Assembly: GCA_965213925.1 (NCBI GenBank)
Contig: OZ243927.1
Coordinates: forward strand, 3,648,001 to 3,712,000
Origin: Trueperaceae bacterium
Lineage (GTDB): Bacteria > Deinococcota > Deinococci > Deinococcales > Trueperaceae
DNA length: 64,000 bases
Direction of reading: 5' to 3'
Part shown: in pieces, positions 18,795 to 28,320 of the stretch
How the letters are laid out: every line of letters starts with the position of its first letter
Numbering within the stretch: position 1 is the first letter of the stretch
Translations under genes and position numbers: made by a program
The notes under the pieces: model-generated
Database searches by the model: none
Told to the model about the DNA's origin: nothing
The model's input: the letters and a program-made list of their open reading frames with translations, nothing else

Positions 18795-21416
18795 CTATAG
18801 TGGCAGCCTCAATCCCACCCTATACCAAAACCCGTCCGCGTAGCCCAAGGTTACGCTAAAGCTCGTCGGCGCACCGTAGTTGACAACTGTGTCGAGCGAG
18901 AGGGTGAAATCCGCGCCGACGTGAAGCTTGGAGTCCAGCCAGGTGCGCACTCTGGGCTCTAAAGACACGCGCTCGGCGGCGTAGAGCCCGTCGCCATAAC
19001 GGAGCGTGAGGGGCAAACTGCGGCGGTAGCCCACGGTGAAGGTGGTGTTTAGGTCGGTATCCGTTGGGGCGGGAATGAGCTTCGCCGGGCGGTAGCCGCT
19101 GCGTCCGCTAAGCTCTAGGGTTCCCGCCGACAGGGGCGCGTAGTAGGCGGCGTCTAGCCAAGCCCCCAGCGAGGGACGTTCCGGCGTCGCACTCCACACC
19201 CCTGACACGCCCCCTCTAAATCCCCGTATTCGGTAGTCCCAGTTATCGCTGCGCAGCTTTGAAAGGGACGCGCTCGTGTAGCCGTCGAACTGGAGATCGC
19301 CGCGCGACGGCAGGCGGAGCGCGCCCGCTCGGAGGAAGGCGTAGAGCGTCCACTGGTCAAGGGGCAGCCGCGCCGCCACGTCGCCCATTAGCCCGAACGC
19401 GACCTCTTCGGCTCTTTTGAGGTGTGGGTCGTGCGGCCACAGCCCCGCACGCACGCCGAAACTTAGCGGCTGCTGCGCCTCTAAAAGCCCGCCCTCGCCG
19501 TAAGCATAGCGGAGATTCGAGAAGAGACCCAAGGGCGTCCCCGAGAGGCGCGTGTCGAACCCGAGCGCCACACTGTAGTTGTGAACGCCGCTGTTATCTT
19601 GCCCTAACACCAACGCGCTCGCCGCCACGTTCAGAGGCGAAAATGCCACCTCGCTCCCCGTCGGCAACCAACCATACGGGAGGAGGCTAGGGAACGGTGA
19701 GTAGTCTCTTACCGGAAAGGGTCGCGCCACCTCTACGTCAGTAGCGGGGAGCGGCTCTCTTACGAGTTCTGCGGACAGGTCTAAAGGATCGTCTAAAAAA
19801 GCGAGGTTGTAGCCCTTGGTACCTAAGCGCGTGTAGAGAAATCCGTCTTCACTCACCTCCGGACTAAACGCGCCGCCGACGGTGCGCGTCAGTTGGGTAA
19901 GGGTTTGGGAGGACAGCGCCAAGCTGTAAAGCTCGAAGACCTCTTCCCCGTTCGCGTCTCTATCCGAGCGGAAGACGATTTCCGTCTCACCGCGCCAGGT
20001 GGGGTCTAAGTCCTGCGCGGCGTCTTGGGTGAGGTAGCGCAGCCTGCTCTCTTCCAACACCGCCAAGTCCACAAACCCCGCCCGCCACACGCTGAGCGCG
20101 ACGCGCCCCGCGTCACTCGCGGAGAGTCCGACGACGTGCTCGCCGTTCGGTGCGCGCCAGAGCGTCTCGGTCTCCCCGTCACACCAGCGCCGCACCTGCG
20201 AGGGCTCGGTCACGATGTCGTGGACGTAGAGGATGCACCCGTCTGGAGTCGGAGTCGGAAACTGCGTCCGCGCGCCCTCTGTCAACTGCGTTTCTTTGCC
20301 CGTCACCACGTCCAGCGTGAAGAGTTCGGAGAATTCGCTCCCTGGGCGGCGCACGGGGCGAGCGTAGAGGAGCGTCCGCTCGTTCAACCACGCCAGCGTG
20401 CTCGGCAGCCTGTCGCGGATGAGTTGGCGCTGATTTGAAAGTTCGCCGTCTATAAAGTCCGCGACGACGATAGCGGGCGGCCACGAGACCCACGCGAGCT
20501 TCGTTCCGTCGCGGCTCGAGGCGGGCGCGCGGGTGTACCAGTTCGTCTCGGTGAGCGTGCGCCCCGCCTGAACGTCGTCCGCCTTAGCCTCGGCGACCTC
20601 TTTGGCTGAGTCCCACCACGCCTCCCACTCGTCCGCTAAATCCGTCCCGACCGCCCGCTGCCACGCGCTAGCGAAGGGCGTGAAGAATGCGCCAGCGTTG
20701 TAGATGCGCAACGTCTCTAATATCGCCTCGAAACTGTGCCGCTCGATCAAATAGTCAATAAACGCCGCGCCGTAGAGGTAGCGCGCCGCGCCGCCGGGCC
20801 ACGCGCCATACGTCGTCAAGCTCACGTCGCTAAGGGGAGGATGCTCGCCCAGCGCCGCGCTCCGCACGAGTCCGGTGGTGAGCGCATCTTCTAAGCGCCC
20901 CCCTAGAGTGAATTCAGACTCCACCCACACCGCCAAACCCTCGATGAGCCAAGGGGGAGGCACGGCGGCGAGGTCTTCGCCGACGATGCCCAAGCGCGGC
21001 AGACCAGGCGTTTCACCCTCAGGGAGCGCGTTGTAGCTGAGTTGAATATTGTGGGTGAGTTCGTGCAGGAGCAAGAGCGTGAGGTCGTCCTGGGTGCGGT
21101 AGCCCAAACTCAGGTCGTTGGGAAAGAGGGCGCGAAGCGCGACTTTGGGGCGGGGCAGGGCGAACGCGGTGGCGTTGTAAACGTCGGTGGTGGGGTCGAT
21201 CGTCAGGGTGATGGTGTCTGGCGCGAAGTCGAACAGCGGGATGAGCACGTCCAGTGCCTCTTCCGCTTCCGCTGCGACGCGCTGGGCGAAAGGTTCTAAG
21301 CTAGGGTCGTCGAAGAGGACGCGCACGCGCGGCGCAACGACCTCTTGTGTCGCCGACGCGCAGGGTGTTAGGACGAAGAGGAGAGCGAACAGTAAGCAGG
21401 CTTTAGCGTAGCGCAC
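18795..21416 (-). CDS. Secreted protein with zincin-like domain (HELTH), TolB/PD40-like beta-propeller and probable C-terminal beta-barrel
   Basis: Signal peptide, LLHELTH...PPWLIEGLA, repeated 'QLT...P' propeller blades and terminal amphipathic strands. Confidence 0.8.
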   Translation of the reverse strand: MRYAKACLLFALLFVLTPCASATQEVVAPRVRVLFDDPSLEPFAQRVAAEAEEALDVLIPLFDFAPDTITLTIDPTTDVYNATAFALPRPKVALRALFPNDLSLGYRTQDDLTLLLLHELTHNIQLSYNALPEGETPGLPRLGIVGEDLAAVPPPWLIEGLAVWVESEFTLGGRLEDALTTGLVRSAALGEHPPLSDVSLTTYGAWPGGAARYLYGAAFIDYLIERHSFEAILETLRIYNAGAFFTPFASAWQRAVGTDLADEWEAWWDSAKEVAEAKADDVQAGRTLTETNWYTRAPASSRDGTKLAWVSWPPAIVVADFIDGELSNQRQLIRDRLPSTLAWLNERTLLYARPVRRPGSEFSELFTLDVVTGKETQLTEGARTQFPTPTPDGCILYVHDIVTEPSQVRRWCDGETETLWRAPNGEHVVGLSASDAGRVALSVWRAGFVDLAVLEESRLRYLTQDAAQDLDPTWRGETEIVFRSDRDANGEEVFELYSLALSSQTLTQLTRTVGGAFSPEVSEDGFLYTRLGTKGYNLAFLDDPLDLSAELVREPLPATDVEVARPFPVRDYSPFPSLLPYGWLPTGSEVAFSPLNVAASALVLGQDNSGVHNYSVALGFDTRLSGTPLGLFSNLRYAYGEGGLLEAQQPLSFGVRAGLWPHDPHLKRAEEVAFGLMGDVAARLPLDQWTLYAFLRAGALRLPSRGDLQFDGYTSASLSKLRSDNWDYRIRGFRGGVSGVWSATPERPSLGAWLDAAYYAPLSAGTLELSGRSGYRPAKLIPAPTDTDLNTTFTVGYRRSLPLTLRYGDGLYAAERVSLEPRVRTWLDSKLHVGADFTLSLDTVVNYGAPTSFSVTLGYADGFWYRVGLRLPL

Positions 21417-21613
21417 GCGCCAGTATACCGGGAGAGCGGCCTCGCTTCTTTCAGCTATCTCACTTGCGTCCTATCTTTTACGGGTCGTCAAGCGTGAGGC
21501 GGAGCTACCTGCATCCGAGACGCCGCCTCGCGCTCACTTGTACAAAGAACGTCAAACACCACCTAACGTTCACCGCAAAGCGCAATTCAAAATCCTACTT
21601 ATTTGGAGTCACT

Positions 21614-21646
21614 GTCAGAACTTTGTAAGAGGTCGAGGCGTACAGT
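21614..21646 (+). promoter_or_regulatory. Direct-repeat box plus -10 element upstream of the riboswitch and S8 gene
   Basis: GTCAGA-ACTTT-GTAAGAG, 9 nt, then TACAGT. The same layout recurs at 23431 and 46835. Confidence 0.6.
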
Positions 21647-21683
21647 AGGCGCAATGCAAGCGTTGTCAGGTCCACTGCAACCT

Positions 21684-21763
21684 TGTAAGAGGCGCTGACC
21701 CACCTAACACATCCCATCGGGCGCTAGGACAGGTGGTGAGCCAAGTGGCGCGACCGGCTTACA
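21684..21763 (+). ncRNA. c-di-GMP-II riboswitch (variant 3' junction GCGACCGG)
   Basis: P1 TGTAAG/CTTACA, AGGCGCTGA, stem CCACCT/AGGTGG, loop GGGCGCT able to pseudoknot with GGCGC, and GAGCCAAGT; located in the 5' UTR of the S8 gene. Confidence 0.75.
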
Positions 21764-21783
21764 GAGAGTAGCAAGAAAGGATC

Positions 21784-23109
21784 GTGTATTACGCTATGCA
21801 GTGTAACCCTAAAAAACCCGTCACCAAATTTTTGAGGACGTGGCTGAGAGCCACGCTCCCTCCCCTACTCGCCACCGCGCTGGTCGCTTGCGGCGGTCTA
21901 ACCGTCAAAGAGGTCACGTCACCCCAGGGCGCGCCGGAGCGCTTCGACTACTCGCTCAACGTGGACGTTGCGGTGGACGCGAAACGAGCGGACGTCGAAG
22001 CGCTTTATGGCGGCGAGGTCGTCGTGTGGCGACCCGAAGCGGGCTTCGCGGTGCTCGGTTTGAACGATACGGGAGAGTTGAGCACGCTCAGCAAGAAACG
22101 GAGGAATAAGAACGTAGTCAAGTCTCCCGAGGTGATGGCGAGCGGCGCTCAAAGCGGCGGGCGCTCAGCTTGGAGCGGTGGGCGCTCGGCCTGGAGTGGC
22201 GGACGTTCGGCTTGGAGCGGCGGCGAACCGACGACGTTCACTGAGAACCTCAAGTTTTGGGACCAGATCAATTTAGCCGATGCTCAGCGGACGGCGCGCA
22301 ATCTAGGGCGCGGCGTCAAGGTCGCCGTGATCGACACCGGCATCGACCTCAACCACCCAGGCTTCGAGGGCAAGCTGGCTCCCACTCACGAGTGGAAAGA
22401 CTTCGTCGACGGAGACCGCTATCCGCAAGAGGTCGAAGGCTCCAACTACGGCCACGGCACAGGCGTCGCGAGCGTCGTCATTCAAGTCGCGCCCCGCGCG
22501 ACCATCCTGCCCTTACGCGCCCTCAGACCCGACGGGAGCGGCGACGTAACTGACGTGACTGCCGCGGTGGACTGGGCCATTGCGCAAGGGGCAGACATCA
22601 TCAACCTTTCGCTTGGCACGGTGGACTACGACCGCTCCATCCAAAGGATGGTCGAATACGCGGCGCGTAAAAAGGTCTACGTGGTCGCCTCAGCCGGGAA
22701 TAGCGGCGACCGGCGCGTCACCTACCCGGCGGCTAACGGCGATGACGGTAGCGGCGACACCAAGAATTTCGTTCTGGGCGTAGGTAGTGTCAACCAACGG
22801 GACAAGAAGTCGAGCTTCTCGACCTACGGGGACCAGCTCGAGCTGCTCGCTCCCGGTGAGAACATGCTTACGCTCGCGCCTGAACGCAAGGTTGCTTTCT
22901 GGAACGGCACCTCTTTCGCCGCGCCAGTTGTCTCGGGTGCCCTCGCCCTAGCTTACGGTGAAAGGCTGGACAGCCGCGACGAATACGAGAAGCTCGCTGA
23001 CCACATTAACTCCTCGGCGAAAGACATCTCTGATCAAAATCCAGACATCACTCTGGGCTTCGGACGCCTCGACCTCAGGAGCTTCCTTAGAGATGAGCTA
23101 GACCTCTAA
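21784..23109 (+). CDS. Lipoprotein S8 (subtilisin-family) serine protease
   Basis: Lipobox LVAC; catalytic triad motifs VIDTG, GHGT and GTSFAAP. Confidence 0.92.
   Translation: MYYAMQCNPKKPVTKFLRTWLRATLPPLLATALVACGGLTVKEVTSPQGAPERFDYSLNVDVAVDAKRADVEALYGGEVVVWRPEAGFAVLGLNDTGELSTLSKKRRNKNVVKSPEVMASGAQSGGRSAWSGGRSAWSGGRSAWSGGEPTTFTENLKFWDQINLADAQRTARNLGRGVKVAVIDTGIDLNHPGFEGKLAPTHEWKDFVDGDRYPQEVEGSNYGHGTGVASVVIQVAPRATILPLRALRPDGSGDVTDVTAAVDWAIAQGADIINLSLGTVDYDRSIQRMVEYAARKKVYVVASAGNSGDRRVTYPAANGDDGSGDTKNFVLGVGSVNQRDKKSSFSTYGDQLELLAPGENMLTLAPERKVAFWNGTSFAAPVVSGALALAYGERLDSRDEYEKLADHINSSAKDISDQNPDITLGFGRLDLRSFLRDELDL
22153..22224 (+). repeat. 21-bp coding tandem repeat, (SGGRSAW)x3 + SGG
   Basis: Three copies differing only at synonymous positions. 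Confidence 0.9.
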
Positions 23110-23131
23110 AACAGAGAGCAGTTGGCAGTGC

Positions 23132-23161
23132 AGGCGGTGTGACGCTTACGTCACACCGCTT
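23132..23161 (+). terminator. Stem-loop after the S8 gene
   Basis: GCGGTGTGACG-CTTA-CGTCACACCGC. Confidence 0.7.
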
Positions 23162-23185
23162 CGCATTTATCTAGCAGCGTTAATA

Positions 23186-23376
23186 AGTGACTCGGCTTCG
23201 CTAACCTAAACTATCTCAATGAGACCTTAAGGCGGGCTTTGGCAGCATTATCTGGTTTAGATTATTTCGGTTAGAGTGCTTCGGCTTCGAAGACCTGAAC
23301 CATATTAGAAAAATTTTTTACGCTCAAGACGGACTTCGCCGGTATTTTCCAATTTAGATTATTTCGGTGCACCTAC
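23186..23376 (+). repeat. Dispersed repeat family A: one degenerate and one full ~100-bp copy in tandem
   Basis: Both units contain TCGGCTTCG...TTAGATTATTTCGGT; 23275-23376 aligns with 35711-35811. Confidence 0.75.
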
Positions 23377-23430
23377 TAAGTACTTAGAAGGCAGAATTTT
23401 CGTTAGGAGCAACGTATTTCGCAATCCTTT

Positions 23431-23463
23431 GTAAGAATCAGCTAAGAGGTCACGCCTTAAACT
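23431..23463 (+). promoter_or_regulatory. Direct-repeat box plus -10 element upstream of the diguanylate cyclase
   Basis: GTAAGA-ATCAG-CTAAGAG, 9 nt, then TAAACT. Confidence 0.5.
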
Positions 23464-23491
23464 AAAGAATAGAAATGGAGGAGCGTCCTAC

Positions 23492-25276
23492 ATGACCCGC
23501 GCGAGCGTTCAAATTGAACAAGAGCAGAGCGTCAGCCACAAGGTTGACGAGCTTAACGCGCTCGCTTGGGAGCTGCGCCGCACCGACACAAAGCGCTCGC
23601 TCGTGCTCGCTGAGGAGGCGCTCCGGCTCGCCCGGGCTGAGGGGTATGACGGCGGTCAGGCGTACAGCCTGCTCGCGCTAGGCTACGGCGCGATGCGCTC
23701 GTCCGACCTGCGAGCGGCGCAGACGAAAGTGCAGCGCGCCGCCGAGTTCTTCGGCGCTTCCGGTGATCAAGAGGGCAGTCGCCGAGCGCTCAACACGTTA
23801 GGCATTATCAATGGACAGTCCGGCAACTACGCGGGAGCACTTAAAACGTTTCTCACCTTGCAGCGTTTGTGCGCCGCAGCAGGCGAGCCTAAAGCGCTAG
23901 CGGACGCGCTCAACAACACGGGCATCGCGTATTTTCATCTCGGCGACCACACCAACGCCCTGAACTACCACTTTAGAGCGCTAGACGCTTTTCGCGAAGC
24001 AGCGTATTCACCTGGCGAAGTCACTACGTTTATCAACATCGGCATGGTCTACTTCGAGCGAGGTCACTTTGGGGAGGCGTTGGGCGCGTTTTTACAGGCG
24101 AAAAACGGCGAGGTCGAGGACAAGTACACGCACGCCCTCTTGCGTAACCACCTCGGGCGCACCTATTTGCAGCTCGGTCAGTTCGAACAAGCGCTCGTCC
24201 ACAACCAAGAGAGCTTAACCCTTATGACCGCCCTAGACGACCGCTTGGGCGCGAGCTACGCCCAAGACGACCTCGCGGCGATCTACGTCAAGCTCGGGCA
24301 GACGGAGCAAGCCGAAGCGTGTCTGACGCAGAGCTTAGGGACCAAAAGGGGCGCGGGCGACATCAAAGGGGAAGCGGAGGTCTGCTTGCAGCTCGGCGAC
24401 CTCTACTTGCGGATGGGAAGGCTCGAGCTTGCCTTAGACACGCTGCACGAAGGGCTCGACAACGCGGAAAAGAGCGATGCGGGAGACGAAGTCCGCAAGG
24501 CGCACCGCGCGCTCGCCGCTGTATACAAGAAAAACCGCCAGTTTCGCGAGGCTTGCTTGCACTTAGAAAAGCACGAAGACTTCAGCCAAGAAGCCTTCAA
24601 CCGCGACTCCGACCTCCGGCTCCAAGCCTTGCGCGTACAGCATGAGGTCGAGCAGACCGAGCGCGAGAAGGAACTCTACCGCCTTAAAAACGTCGAGCTT
24701 GCGCAGGCGGTCGAGGCGCTCCGCGAGCTGACCGCGTCGCTACAAGCAGCCAACGACGAAAAAGCCACCTTGCTGAGCCAGTTGGAGAAGCAGTCATGCG
24801 AGGACGGTCTCACGGGTCTTTACAACCGCCGCTACTTGGACGAGTCGTTAGCACAAGCCTTCGCAGACGCCAAGCGTTACGGCCGCGAACTGAGCGTCGT
24901 CGTATGCGACATCGACCACTTCAAGCGCGTCAACGACACCTTCTCGCACCAGATGGGCGACGTGGTGCTTAAAGAGGTCGCGCGGCTTCTTAAAAGCGGC
25001 GTTCGTCAAGGCGACACCGTCGCGCGTTACGGCGGTGAGGAATTCGTCATCGTGCTGCCCGAAGCGTGCGCGCAAAGCGCAGCGCATATCGTCGAGCGCA
25101 TCCGCCAGACGATTCAAAACCACCCCTGGCACACCTTCCACCCCGGGCTTAAAATCACGATGAGCGCCGGTCTCTCGGACGACCTCTCCTCCGAAAATTA
25201 CGAAAAGTTAGTCGGCACTGCTGACAAAAAGCTCTACGAGGCGAAGCGCGGGGGCAGAAATCGGCTCGTCGTGTAA
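23492..25276 (+). CDS. TPR-repeat diguanylate cyclase (GGDEF)
   Basis: GGAGGAG RBS, multiple TPRs, coiled coil, DGLTGLYNRR, DIDHFKRVND, I-site RQGD and active-site GGEEF. Confidence 0.95.
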   Translation: MTRASVQIEQEQSVSHKVDELNALAWELRRTDTKRSLVLAEEALRLARAEGYDGGQAYSLLALGYGAMRSSDLRAAQTKVQRAAEFFGASGDQEGSRRALNTLGIINGQSGNYAGALKTFLTLQRLCAAAGEPKALADALNNTGIAYFHLGDHTNALNYHFRALDAFREAAYSPGEVTTFINIGMVYFERGHFGEALGAFLQAKNGEVEDKYTHALLRNHLGRTYLQLGQFEQALVHNQESLTLMTALDDRLGASYAQDDLAAIYVKLGQTEQAEACLTQSLGTKRGAGDIKGEAEVCLQLGDLYLRMGRLELALDTLHEGLDNAEKSDAGDEVRKAHRALAAVYKKNRQFREACLHLEKHEDFSQEAFNRDSDLRLQALRVQHEVEQTEREKELYRLKNVELAQAVEALRELTASLQAANDEKATLLSQLEKQSCEDGLTGLYNRRYLDESLAQAFADAKRYGRELSVVVCDIDHFKRVNDTFSHQMGDVVLKEVARLLKSGVRQGDTVARYGGEEFVIVLPEACAQSAAHIVERIRQTIQNHPWHTFHPGLKITMSAGLSDDLSSENYEKLVGTADKKLYEAKRGGRNRLVV

Positions 25277-25370
25277 GCTGCAGAAACAAGAAGCGCTCGA
25301 GCCCTCTCCCATAATCGACGCGGTACAATCAACATGGTGCGAACGTCAGCCGAACCTGCTGACACACCGT

Positions 25371-26510
25371 CTACACCTTGTTCTTTCTCAACTCTGAGAG
25401 CGAATAGCGCGTACCCCGCCACGAAATACTCCCGCGCCACAGGGCCTTAGCAACTGCCTCTAAGGTCGCGTAACAAACCAGCGTGACGCCAAAAGGGTGC
25501 AGCGCCGCGTACCACACGGGCAATTTGGAAAGCCGCTTATTCCAAGCATAGACAAAGAATACGGTGACGACGGAGAAGGCGAACAGCCAACGCGCCAACC
25601 CCTCCGCGAAAAATACCGCGATGAAAGGGAGCACGTTGGTTACGAAGAGGCTGGCAACACCGAGTAGAGCAAGAGGTAGCGAGTAATTCAGCCCCGCAAA
25701 GGCGTTTTTATTGAGTCCGCGAATCGCCTCGCGCAGGCCCGTATACCACTCCACTTGCATGAGTTCAGGCGCAAAAACCGCCTCTTGCTTGTAGCCCGCC
25801 CTCTTCACGAGCTTACCGAGCTTCATGTCGTCGTCCGGGCGCAGGGCGATAGCTTGGTGCGTGCCCACCTTTTCGTACACCTCTTTCTTCAAGAGGTTGA
25901 ACGCGCCGATGCCGATGTGCCACCTCGAATTAGGCTTACTCGCACGCCACGGCTGGCTATAAATGCTAAAGAGGAGCGAAAACGCCGAGACAAACGCCTT
26001 GAGTGGGACGCTTTTGGCTTCTAAATAGGGCAGCGCGGCGAGGTGGTCTAGGTTTTGCCTTTGAGCGTAAGCGACAGCGATAGCGAGTGCGTGCGCGTCG
26101 AAACGTACATCCGCGTCCGTGAAGAGGAGCCACTTCCCTCTTGCCCTCTTCGCACCCACATAAAGCGCATGGTTCTTGCCGAGCCAGCCTTCGGGCAAGG
26201 TCTCGATGTGGATGACCTCTAAGCGCGAAACCCTCTTCTTCATCCCCTCCAAAATCTCGCCTGTGCGGTCGGTCGAGCGGTCATTTAAGACGATAATCTC
26301 TAAGTTTGGGTAATCCTGCGCTAAGACAGACTCCAAACTCCGCTCGAGGTCTCGCTCCTCGTTGAGCGCAGGGATAATCACCGAAAGCGTCGGGTAGGCA
26401 TCCAACATCGGTTCGCCGTGCGTGAGCTGGGTGATGCGGCGCATCCCCCTGTACCAATCCAAACCGAGAACGAGCCAGGAAAGGAGAATCGCGCCAGCGA
26501 GCCATGTCAT
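25371..26510 (-). CDS. Membrane GT2 glycosyltransferase (similar in layout to carotenoid/hopanoid glycosyltransferases)
   Basis: IIPALNEE, DRSTD, GWLGKNHA and FTDAD motifs; C-terminal transmembrane helices and WRG. Confidence 0.88.
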   Translation of the reverse strand: MTWLAGAILLSWLVLGLDWYRGMRRITQLTHGEPMLDAYPTLSVIIPALNEERDLERSLESVLAQDYPNLEIIVLNDRSTDRTGEILEGMKKRVSRLEVIHIETLPEGWLGKNHALYVGAKRARGKWLLFTDADVRFDAHALAIAVAYAQRQNLDHLAALPYLEAKSVPLKAFVSAFSLLFSIYSQPWRASKPNSRWHIGIGAFNLLKKEVYEKVGTHQAIALRPDDDMKLGKLVKRAGYKQEAVFAPELMQVEWYTGLREAIRGLNKNAFAGLNYSLPLALLGVASLFVTNVLPFIAVFFAEGLARWLFAFSVVTVFFVYAWNKRLSKLPVWYAALHPFGVTLVCYATLEAVAKALWRGSISWRGTRYSLSELRKNKV

Positions 26511-26609
26511 CGTTTTTTATCTTAGCGCCGTCACCCCCTAAGAGGTCGCGTTGGGCTTACGTCAAGAGGCGCGTCCTCGGTTTCTTCGGGGAGGTGGTAT
26601 GAAAGAGGT

Positions 26610-27545
26610 ATGGCTGTTTTTGTCGTGGACAAACCTCTCGGCGTCACCTCGCACGACGTTGTAGCGCGGGCGCGAAAACTCCTCAAAACCAAGCGGGTCG
26701 GTCACGCGGGCACGCTCGACCCTTTGGCGACGGGCGTGCTCATCATCTTGACCAAAGACGCCACCAAACTCTCCCCTTTTCTCACTGAGTCGGACAAAAC
26801 TTATCTCGCTTGGGTCTCGTTCGGCGCGAGCACGCCGACGCTGGACGCTGAAGGACCGATTGAAGAAAGTGGGGACGCTTCACACCTCACATGCGAAGAG
26901 GTCGAGAGGGCGTTGCCGCTCTTTTTGGAGTTGAGCGAACAGCTTCCGCCACAGTATTCCGCGATTAAAAAGGGGGGCGTGAAAGGCTACGAAGCGGCGC
27001 GAAAGGGTGAGGATTTGGAACTGCCGCCGCGTTCGGCGGGTTACAAATCCATCCAGCTTCTAGGCTTTGCAGATAAGAGAGACGCGCTGCCGAGCGCGTT
27101 TAGCCCTACGGAGAGAGGGTGGACGCCGAGCGAAAACGGGCAGACGTTCGACCTCCCCGAACCTCTTTCTACGCTGCCTACGGCGCTCCTCTCAGTAGAG
27201 GTACAAGCAGGGACATATATTCGGGCATTTGCCAGGGACTTAGGGACAGCGCTAGGTGTGCCCGCGCACCTCTCAGGCTTGGTGAGGACGCAAGCGGGGC
27301 GCAGTAAACTGGAAGAGGCGGTGAGGCTCGAGACCCTCCCCAGCGAACAAGGCAAGAGCAAAGCCGACGCGCTTCCCTATCCGCTGATTAAGTTGGATGA
27401 ACAAGAGGTCACGAGAGTACGCCAGGGACAGCGGCTCAGCTTAAACCTCACAGAGCGCGTCGGGCTCGTAGATAAAGTGGGGGAACTCGTGGCTGTTGCC
27501 GAGCCGCAAGGGGATAGATTCAGCTTACTGCGGGTCTGGCAATAG
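26610..27545 (+). CDS. truB: tRNA pseudouridine(55) synthase
   Basis: DKPLGVTSHDVV, GHAGTLDPLATG, PPQYSAIK and GTYIRA motifs. Confidence 0.95.
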   Translation: MAVFVVDKPLGVTSHDVVARARKLLKTKRVGHAGTLDPLATGVLIILTKDATKLSPFLTESDKTYLAWVSFGASTPTLDAEGPIEESGDASHLTCEEVERALPLFLELSEQLPPQYSAIKKGGVKGYEAARKGEDLELPPRSAGYKSIQLLGFADKRDALPSAFSPTERGWTPSENGQTFDLPEPLSTLPTALLSVEVQAGTYIRAFARDLGTALGVPAHLSGLVRTQAGRSKLEEAVRLETLPSEQGKSKADALPYPLIKLDEQEVTRVRQGQRLSLNLTERVGLVDKVGELVAVAEPQGDRFSLLRVWQ

Positions 27546-27629
27546 CGTTTGTTGCGGGTGTTTTCACAGTGCCTATACAATGTACTCGAGATTTTCGGTC
27601 AATCAGTACGTTGTTACGGGGGTGAATTT

Positions 27630-28259
27630 GTGCGAGCAAGGCAGCGACGTAGAAAGCGGGCGAAAGTTTTTCTTCTGTCCAATCTCTCTATCATCGCGCT
27701 TATTGCTGCGTTCTTCTTCGGCTATCGTTGGTTTTTTAGTGACCCGAGTCTAAAACCTGAGAGCTTCTCAGCCGACTTGCCACAGGATAGAGCTGCCGGA
27801 GCCCTCCACGAGGATATCGTCAATGGTGACGTCACGCTCCGCGTCACCTCTTACGAGCGCTTTAGCGCCGACGAGCTTCCGCCGGATATGGAGTTGGGCG
27901 CAAGGGCGACACCTGGGCGGACAACGCATTATGTCGCGCTCGAGCTCACCCTCCAAAATCGAGGGGACGAGCCCGTGTCGGCTGACTACTACGGGCAAGT
28001 TCAGTGCATGGACTTCCTGCTGGGCTCGAGGCAACCTACACCTCAAACGTATCTACCCGCGCTCCCTCGCGAGACCGAACGTGTTGCGGAGGCAACCGCC
28101 CTGCCGCCCCAGGCAATTCCTCCTAAAGAAGTGTTGCAGGGTTTCCTCGTCTTTCCTATCCCCGCATCTGCTAAAGCGCTGTCTCTGTTCGCGCTACCGC
28201 AAGCGGGGTGTACTGAGGCGCTACCGGCGTTTGAAGTTGGGCTCGAGCCCACCCCTTAA
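27630..28259 (+). CDS. Membrane-anchored Ig-like protein (DUF4352-like)
   Basis: Basic N-terminus, one transmembrane helix, then YVALELTLQNRG...GFLVFPIP; start placed at GTG 27630. Confidence 0.6.
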   Translation: MRARQRRRKRAKVFLLSNLSIIALIAAFFFGYRWFFSDPSLKPESFSADLPQDRAAGALHEDIVNGDVTLRVTSYERFSADELPPDMELGARATPGRTTHYVALELTLQNRGDEPVSADYYGQVQCMDFLLGSRQPTPQTYLPALPRETERVAEATALPPQAIPPKEVLQGFLVFPIPASAKALSLFALPQAGCTEALPAFEVGLEPTP

Positions 28260-28320
28260 AGTTGTATAAAAGTCTGAATACACCGTGTAGTTCGTCTCTC
28301 AAAGTGTCGTACACTACCTT

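Noticed and set aside
23186..23376. CRISPR array
   Set aside because: Only two degenerate units whose intervening sequences are also similar; no unique spacers and no cas genes.
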